Part shown: positions 47,580 through 52,216 of the stretch, piece by piece
Position numbering within the stretch: position 1 is the first letter of the stretch
How the letters are laid out: each line of letters begins with the position of its first letter
Virus record (IMG/VR): IMGVR_UViG_3300025655_003190
Span: 1 to 52,216 of that record
DNA: 52,216 bases
Strand: one strand, 5' to 3'
DNA from: a virus
Taxonomy: Duplodnaviria; Caudoviricetes
Program-made: the position numbers and the translations under genes
Notes under the pieces: model-generated
Databases searched by the model: none
What the model was told of the DNA's origin: nothing
Seen by the model: the letters and a program-made list of their open reading frames with translations, nothing else

Positions 47580-50500
47580 TTAATTGCCCATTCCCGCTAA
47601 TCGTTTAATATCAGCAATAGCAGAATTAATTTGAGCACTTAATTCTGCACCCTTGTCAGCAATTTGGTCGCCAATATTACGTTCTTCAGATGCTGGCTCA
47701 ACAATTTCAATATCCATATCTGTTGGAATGCCTACAGGGACATCAGTTGTATCAATTTCATCTGGTTCAATCATGTCAACTGGATTTTCCGGGTTGTCTA
47801 ATTGACTAGTAGCAGTAATACCATTACCTAGTGCTACATCTAAATCGTTTTCTAGTTCTGTTAAACTTTCATAAATTCCCTTGCCAAACATGTTTGATCC
47901 TCCGGTAGTTTCGCCTTCGCCTTCTTTGGCCATTTTGGTAGCAGTTGCGTACATTACTTCTTCGCCACGATCACCGTAACGCTTTTTAAAGTCTGCTTTT
48001 GATTTTTTCATGCCCTTAACATACTTTTCGCGTTTCTTTTCTTCGCCTTTGGTTAGAGAACGTTCGTCAAGTTTAGGTTCTTCTATGTCTTTTTCATCGG
48101 CAATTTTACCATCGTCTTGTGCACCACCTGGAATAATTTGCTTTGGATCTGCAATCTCGTCATCTTGTTGTCCAAACTTACCAGCGTTAGCTTCTTGGGT
48201 CTTTTTCATTCCAGGAGCAACAGGTGCTTGTGGTTTAGTTGGTTTACGATCAAATCCGTAATTAGGATCATCACGAGGATCATCACGTTCTGGATCATAT
48301 GGTTCTGTATCAGCAGGCGCAAACCAATCAACACCTTCTTTGCCTAGATCGCTAGCACTTGTTTCGTCTACCTCTTCAGAAAATAGTTTTGCTAATCTTT
48401 TACCAAGTTCGCTACGACGTGTCCATGTATCAATAACAGCTTCTGTTGCAGCGTCAATGTCATCACCATAACCCATATCTTCGGCATAAACTTCTGCTAG
48501 ACTTTCGGCTGTTTGACGAATAACATCAGGATTCAATCCATATTTCTCAATAGCGTCATCGATACCTTTAACTAAAACTGTGCCATCACTTGAACCCCAA
48601 TCTTCCAGAATACCTTGTTCTAATTTAGAAGCATACTCTGTCTCGGACATTTCAATTAAGCCCATTTCACGTGCTTCGTCATTTAAACGTAAAATGCGCT
48701 GTTGGATTGCCTTTTGTGCTTCTTTGTCATTGAATAAACTTGGGTCGCGTAGCAAATCATATAGTACTTTACTTTTTTCTAAATAATCTTCTCGATCACG
48801 TATTGGAGTATCGTTGAAGCCTTCGTCTACTTGTTGTTGAGGCTCTTGGAACGCAGAGAAGTCTTCATAGACTTTTTCTTGCATACCAGCTAGTTTACGC
48901 CATGCGTTCATTTCTAGCATTGCATCACGTTCTTGTTTACGTTCTTGCTCGCCGGTATCAATATCTAACTGCTCGTTAACATCTTTGTTTAATTCTTCTT
49001 CTTGGTATGCTTTTAGTTCTTCCAATGAAGCAAATGGGCCAGCAACTACTTTGCCGTTTACTAAAGCGTAAAACCCATCTGGGCCTTTAACAGCACTCAT
49101 ACCATATTTGTTCATGCCACGTGCGCCAAAGTCTTGTGCTTCTTCGAATTCTAATTCGTTGTCACCGCCAAGTACACGATTAGCTAAATCTTCCAAACCG
49201 GGATAGGAATCAGTGTATTCTTCGATCCAATCTTGAATAACCGGACGAGCATCTGCTTCTGGGTCATCATTTGCTAATTCTGCTAGACTATCATACAAAT
49301 TGTCATCACCAATGATATCATATAACACGCCAGTGGCATTCATTGCGTCTGTTCCAACAGGAAGTGGCTTCGATAAAATGTCTTTTAACTGTTTAATTTT
49401 AGCTTCGTCATCTGGGATAGCCCAGGTGCCTTCTGTTACTTGTTCCGCCCATTGGCTAAATTGGTTAAACTCTTTCATTTGTGGTTCCTTGGTTTGTTCT
49501 GGTTGCTGTAATTGTTGTGCATATCCTGCTTTTTGCTCAGCATCGCGCTTTTCTTGTTGTTCAGCATCTTGTACTGCCAGGTATGTTCCAATTAGTACTG
49601 GTGGTAGATACTTTAACACGCCTTTAGCGATTTTAAAGGCAATCTTACCTTTCTTGTATACGCCTTCTTCCATCTGCGCACGATGCTTTTCTTTCACTTC
49701 GCCTTCGACGCCTAATTGCTGTAAAGAATAAATTAGGCTGCTATGTTGCATTGCATCGCCGTCGATACGCAATTTGTTTTTACCTTTAGCAATTACTGCC
49801 ATGCCGCGCTTTTCGGCAGAATTAGCAATAAATTGCACTCTGCTTGGATCTACTACGCTATAAACAAACGTATATAAACCAACCGGCACTTTGCCGCTCG
49901 GTGATAATTTATTTGCGAATCCAGCTTCGTTTATTTGTTTCATAATGTATGGTAATGCTTCTTCAATACGTTGATCAATAGTTTCGCGTGTAAATTGTCC
50001 ACGTAGGTTGTTTAACGCTTCTGCATCATCGTCAATCTCTGCAGGATTCCAGTCTTCTTTGTAAGCATGGTACCCACGCTTACCTGCTAAACTTTTTAAA
50101 CGATGACGTAGAGTTTTGTAGCGTTCGCGACCAGCTTCAACTACTTCATATTGATCATCGTCTTCGGTAATTCGTTGTGTAGCACGTGTAAATTTAGATA
50201 GTACATTTGCTTCGCGTACAATATCGGTAATATGTTGACCGAATACATCATATGGTGTGCCGCCTTCTGCTACATGGCGTGCCATGGCACGTCCGGCAAC
50301 TAACGATGTAAATGGCAACTTAAAGCGTTCGCCCTCGGCGTTTTCAACATATAACTTTTCGATGTTGCGGAAGCGTTGTTCGCCTTCTTCAATTGCCTTG
50401 CTGTGTACGATCTTTAAACGTGTTGTACCTGGTTTGTTATTATAACTGGTGTGCTTAGTGCCATTCCACCCCTCAAACAACCCTTCATTGATAGCAGCCA

Positions 50501-50843
50501 TACCTTGCATGCTGTATTTTAACTTGTTTAAATTCTTTAATGAGAATGTTAACAGATTGCGTGTGGCGAAATTTTTCAACTGTGCTAGGAAGTCATACCA
50601 AGCATCCTTGTCATCGCCTTCCATATTTTTGCCAACATTATCACCATAATAGCACTCAAAGTTGCTTTCGTCGTCGAGTAGAATAACTACGGTTCCGTAA
50701 TTATTGTTTTTAGTTTCAAAGTCAAAACTAAACATTTGAGCATCGCCCGGGCTAACCACAGGTTTGCCTTGACTGTCTAATGTTTTAACTGTGTAGTCTC
50801 TGCTGACTAATAAATTAAAGAGATCGTTTGCTGTGCTATCCAT
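47580..50843 (-). CDS. Large acidic modular protein, probable head-associated/internal protein
   Basis: 1087 aa directly downstream of terL, TAAATA at 50865-50870, string of short modules, IKRLAGM end motif. Confidence 0.6.
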   Translation of the reverse strand: MDSTANDLFNLLVSRDYTVKTLDSQGKPVVSPGDAQMFSFDFETKNNNYGTVVILLDDESNFECYYGDNVGKNMEGDDKDAWYDFLAQLKNFATRNLLTFSLKNLNKLKYSMQGMAAINEGLFEGWNGTKHTSYNNKPGTTRLKIVHSKAIEEGEQRFRNIEKLYVENAEGERFKLPFTSLVAGRAMARHVAEGGTPYDVFGQHITDIVREANVLSKFTRATQRITEDDDQYEVVEAGRERYKTLRHRLKSLAGKRGYHAYKEDWNPAEIDDDAEALNNLRGQFTRETIDQRIEEALPYIMKQINEAGFANKLSPSGKVPVGLYTFVYSVVDPSRVQFIANSAEKRGMAVIAKGKNKLRIDGDAMQHSSLIYSLQQLGVEGEVKEKHRAQMEEGVYKKGKIAFKIAKGVLKYLPPVLIGTYLAVQDAEQQEKRDAEQKAGYAQQLQQPEQTKEPQMKEFNQFSQWAEQVTEGTWAIPDDEAKIKQLKDILSKPLPVGTDAMNATGVLYDIIGDDNLYDSLAELANDDPEADARPVIQDWIEEYTDSYPGLEDLANRVLGGDNELEFEEAQDFGARGMNKYGMSAVKGPDGFYALVNGKVVAGPFASLEELKAYQEEELNKDVNEQLDIDTGEQERKQERDAMLEMNAWRKLAGMQEKVYEDFSAFQEPQQQVDEGFNDTPIRDREDYLEKSKVLYDLLRDPSLFNDKEAQKAIQQRILRLNDEAREMGLIEMSETEYASKLEQGILEDWGSSDGTVLVKGIDDAIEKYGLNPDVIRQTAESLAEVYAEDMGYGDDIDAATEAVIDTWTRRSELGKRLAKLFSEEVDETSASDLGKEGVDWFAPADTEPYDPERDDPRDDPNYGFDRKPTKPQAPVAPGMKKTQEANAGKFGQQDDEIADPKQIIPGGAQDDGKIADEKDIEEPKLDERSLTKGEEKKREKYVKGMKKSKADFKKRYGDRGEEVMYATATKMAKEGEGETTGGSNMFGKGIYESLTELENDLDVALGNGITATSQLDNPENPVDMIEPDEIDTTDVPVGIPTDMDIEIVEPASEERNIGDQIADKGAELSAQINSAIADIKRLAGMGN

Positions 50844-50873
50844 AATTCTTCTGCGTTAATGTTGTATTTATGT

Positions 50874-51950
50874 TCAAAACATTATAAATGGCATTGGCTC
50901 AATTACTTCGTCACCAAAGTCTTTGATTTGATCGTTTAGATCAGCATGATAGTTTTGTAGCACCTGCATCATACGCACAGCAAGAACTGTAGCCATTACT
51001 AAGTCATCAGTTTCTCCGATCTTAGCAGCATAACTCGTTCCGTGCGCTACAAACGTTTTAAATTCAGATATTAAACTTTTAGAGTTCACAGTCATTTTCT
51101 TAGTTTCAACTAAGTTTTTAAGTTTAGCACAAGCACTTAACTTAGATTTATTTGTTGTATTAAATCCTTTACGTATGCGCATACCAGCAGAACGATTCAT
51201 TTTAGGTTCTGACAGCATCATTCCTGGAAAGTTATCCTCACCAAACTCTGCTAAACTAATGAGTGCTGCTTCACCAATGGTGTTGTTTTCAATTGAGTAA
51301 TAAATGCTTGTAGCATCTTGTGTTTTGTCGTAAATTGTTTTTACAATATCGTTTAGAATACGTATTTGTGTAGGAATAGGGGTTTTATTGTGTTTCCACT
51401 CTGCTACTTGTATTGTTGTGTTTGCTTCAAACACCTGGATAGCAGCAGGGTCACCACCTGTACCTAAACTAGGATCAAGTGCTACTACATAAAATTTATT
51501 TGCTTGCGGTTCTTTGTACCAGCGTACTTGTCCTGTTTTGTACAATGGTTCGACTCCTTCCATATCTACCAGTGTTGTAGCATTAATAAGAGTCTCGTCG
51601 TTGATGATGAATTCGCAATTTGAAACTAAAAGATTGTTAGCATAAAATCTATGATTATTCTCAACTTCTACAAGATCGTAAACAGGTTCGTCTGGACAAA
51701 CGTTTATGCTAATTATAGTCGCAACGTCGTTGTTAGCTATAATTTTATCACCAATTGATAAATTTTTAGCAGCAACCTTATTAAGGTGAGAATCAAAAAA
51801 GTTATGGTCGGGTGTAGACTTAATTTCTCCACATGACGTTATTATATTAATTACTTCTTTAGAACCTTTATTAATAATGCCAGCGAAATTGCTCCACCCT
51901 GTATCAGTTAAAACCTGAATTCCTTTATTATTTTTTAATAATTCTGCCAC
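50874..51950 (-). CDS. terL: Terminase large subunit C-terminal (nuclease) half, preceded by the C-terminal fragment of a split intein
   Basis: CEF junction, LDPSLGTGGD, IENNTIG, GFNTTNKSK, DDLVMA. Likely GTG start at 51950 with AGGA 7 nt upstream. Confidence 0.88.
   Translation of the reverse strand: MAELLKNNKGIQVLTDTGWSNFAGIINKGSKEVINIITSCGEIKSTPDHNFFDSHLNKVAAKNLSIGDKIIANNDVATIISINVCPDEPVYDLVEVENNHRFYANNLLVSNCEFIINDETLINATTLVDMEGVEPLYKTGQVRWYKEPQANKFYVVALDPSLGTGGDPAAIQVFEANTTIQVAEWKHNKTPIPTQIRILNDIVKTIYDKTQDATSIYYSIENNTIGEAALISLAEFGEDNFPGMMLSEPKMNRSAGMRIRKGFNTTNKSKLSACAKLKNLVETKKMTVNSKSLISEFKTFVAHGTSYAAKIGETDDLVMATVLAVRMMQVLQNYHADLNDQIKDFGDEVIEPMPFIMF
51618..51950 (-). mobile_element. Intein C-fragment (~111 aa) of an atypically split TerL intein
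   Basis: Block B STPDH, block F VYDLVEV, block G LVSN/C; no block A in the same reading frame. Confidence 0.85.
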
Positions 51951-52215
51951 GGACAAATCCTTCTGGGACTTTGCCGTCCCTAAATTGTTTTGATACAACA
52001 CCGTTGTTATACCATTTCATTCCACGCTTTCCAATCTGTTTTCTTGGTTTTCTTCCTTTAACAAATCCATCTGGACACTCAAACGCATAAGTTTCGGTTT
52101 CACCATTATTAAACCAGGACTTTCCTGCTGCGGCACCAATTTTACCTTTGTGGGCTGCGCTAATTTTCTTGTTGCGTTCTGGGTCCTGTGTAAAATCATA
52201 AAATCCTTCTTTTTC
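51928..52215 (-). CDS. 3' end of a homing-endonuclease-like ORF (NUMOD3-like motif plus two WxNNG repeats)
   Basis: Not in the ORF track. My translation: ...RNKKISAAHKGK...KSWFNNGETETYAFECPDGFVKGR...MKWYNNGVVSKQFRDGKVPEGFVRGRIIKK*. The catalytic domain lies outside the window. Confidence 0.75.
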   Translation of the reverse strand, partial: EKEGFYDFTQDPERNKKISAAHKGKIGAAAGKSWFNNGETETYAFECPDGFVKGRKPRKQIGKRGMKWYNNGVVSKQFRDGKVPEGFVRGRIIKK

Positions 52216-52216
52216 T

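Noticed and set aside
52017-52199. 60-aa ORF from the track
   Set aside because: A different frame over the same bases gives recognisable endonuclease-associated repeats, so this frame is probably spurious.
1-52216. Alternative genetic code (stop-codon reassignment)
   Set aside because: Core genes are full-length in the standard code, and TAG, TGA and TAA all end genes at sensible positions (e.g. TAG at 22666 and 24748).
1-52216. CRISPR array, tRNA or rRNA genes
   Set aside because: No regularly spaced repeats or cloverleaf-like sequence seen and intergenic gaps are tiny; tRNAscan-SE would be needed to be certain.

Overview
AT-rich, gene-dense segment of a large tailed dsDNA phage that is distantly T4-like, read in the standard genetic code, with almost all genes on the minus strand. 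Core genes are nrdB (partial), nrdA, a PD-(D/E)XK nuclease, helicase, primase, a putative clamp-loader small subunit, uvsW, uvsY, uvsX, a gp32-type SSB and the 3' half of terL. They are interleaved with many accessory enzymes: three radical SAM proteins, a UDP-sugar dehydrogenase and an epimerase, a sulfotransferase, an SGNH hydrolase and a 2OG-Fe(II) hydroxylase. A ~12-kb glycan-building locus holds five KpsS/KpsC-like paralogues, four GT-A transferases, four methyltransferases, a cytidylyltransferase-cupin fusion and a GT10-like protein. Other highlights are: an atypically split TerL intein with an out-of-frame homing-endonuclease-like ORF between the halves; a 186-aa minimal DnaE; a nucleotidyltransferase + ligase-like fusion; proteins carrying possible prohead-protease cleavage sites; many promoters positioned for leaderless mRNAs; and a 3'-UTR hairpin loop complementary to its own gene's ribosome-binding site. 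All calls come from motif recognition by eye, with no database searches.
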